A DNA stretch of 27,353 nt from Candidatus Micrarchaeota archaeon (GTDB lineage Archaea > Micrarchaeota > Micrarchaeia > Norongarragalinales > Norongarragalinaceae), in NCBI GenBank assembly GCA_037444485.1, contig JBBIMI010000012.1, forward strand, positions 1-27,353. The letters are read 5' to 3'. Shown here piece by piece: positions 26,596-27,353 of this stretch; the stretch's first letter is position 1, and every line of letters starts with the position of its first letter. Under the pieces are notes generated by a model that worked only from the letters and a program-made list of their open reading frames with translations, was not told the origin of the DNA and did not search any database. Both the position numbers and the translations under genes were made by a program.

Positions 26596-26749
26596 TTAAT
26601 AAAATAATGCGATAAAATAAAATGATGTTAGTACGAAAAGTTTATTGATAATTTATTGGTGAACCCGTATTTTTTAAAATATTTTTTTCTAAAATTTTCT
26701 AGAATTTGTTGGAAAAAATGGGAGAGAATTAGGTTGGGAGGCGATTAGG

Positions 26750-27331
26750 TTGCAGTACGAAGCGAAAAACTTTGAACGCTTGTTTGGAACCCCTGGATTC
26801 AGCGACGATTTGCTTAAAAACCATTTCACTCTATACCAAGCTTACGTTTCCAACACCAATAAACTCGCAGACGTATTGAATGCACTCGTGAAGGAAGGAA
26901 AGCAAGCGACGCCGGAATACGCGGAGTTGAAGCGGCGTTTTGGTTGGGAATTCAACGGAATGCGTTTACACGAATTTTACTTTGAAAACATGACGAGAGA
27001 CGGAAATCAAATCAATGAAAACTCAAAATTATTTAATGAAATCATTGAAGAATTCGGAAGTTTCAAGAATTGGGAGAATGACTTTAAAGCGACGAGCATG
27101 ATGCGCGGCATTGGTTGGGTGGTTCTTTTCCACGACTCTGGCGCGAACCGCTTGTTCAACGCTTGGATTAACGAGCATGACGTCGGCCACTTGGCGACTG
27201 CAAAACCAGTCTTAGTGATTGACGTTTTTGAACACGCTTTCATGCTCGACTACGGACTCAAGCGCGTTGATTACGTCAACGCTTTCTTTAAAGCAATCGA
27301 TTGGCGCGTTGCAGAAAAAAGATTCGAATAA
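26750..27331 (+). CDS. Fe/Mn superoxide dismutase family protein
   Basis: H..LY..YV, NG..LH..YF, GIGW and DVFEHAF metal-ligand motifs; GGAGG SD before the TTG start. Confidence 0.92.
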   Translation: MQYEAKNFERLFGTPGFSDDLLKNHFTLYQAYVSNTNKLADVLNALVKEGKQATPEYAELKRRFGWEFNGMRLHEFYFENMTRDGNQINENSKLFNEIIEEFGSFKNWENDFKATSMMRGIGWVVLFHDSGANRLFNAWINEHDVGHLATAKPVLVIDVFEHAFMLDYGLKRVDYVNAFFKAIDWRVAEKRFE

Positions 27332-27353
27332 AGCTTTTTTTAGCGTCAAACGC

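Overview
Archaeal chromosome segment. It is probably DPANN/Micrarchaeota-like, which is an inference from the divergent 16S 5' end and the gene set. Left half: housekeeping genes (ERCC4/XPF nuclease, DUF4430-like lipoprotein, ScpB, uS2, polyprenyl synthase, GluRS, SAM methyltransferase, three GT-C/AglB-like ORFs) and a divergent tRNA-Arg(CCG)/tRNA-Glu(CTC) pair. Centre-right: a minus-strand 16S - tRNA-Ala - 23S operon with BHB processing stems and no linked 5S. Right end: Lrp/AsnC, AhpC and Fe/Mn SOD. The stable-RNA genes are extremely fragmented. By hand I resolve 29 bulge-helix-bulge (BHB) introns: 8 in 16S, 16 in 23S and 5 in tRNAs. Removing them restores rRNAs of about 1.49 kb and about 2.92 kb. 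Many introns sit at the decoding site, the PTC, the SRL, H69 and the GTPase centre, and three exons are only 7-11 nt long. Six introns carry endonuclease ORFs (intact or broken LAGLIDADG, and one PD-(D/E)XK type). About ten ORF-less introns in both tRNAs and rRNAs share one ~44-nt pyrimidine/purine/purine mirror-repeat motif with triplex-like covariation, a candidate undescribed mobile mini-intron family. One intron ORF becomes contiguous only on the circularised intron RNA. E. coli position numbers come from manual alignment and are approximate.
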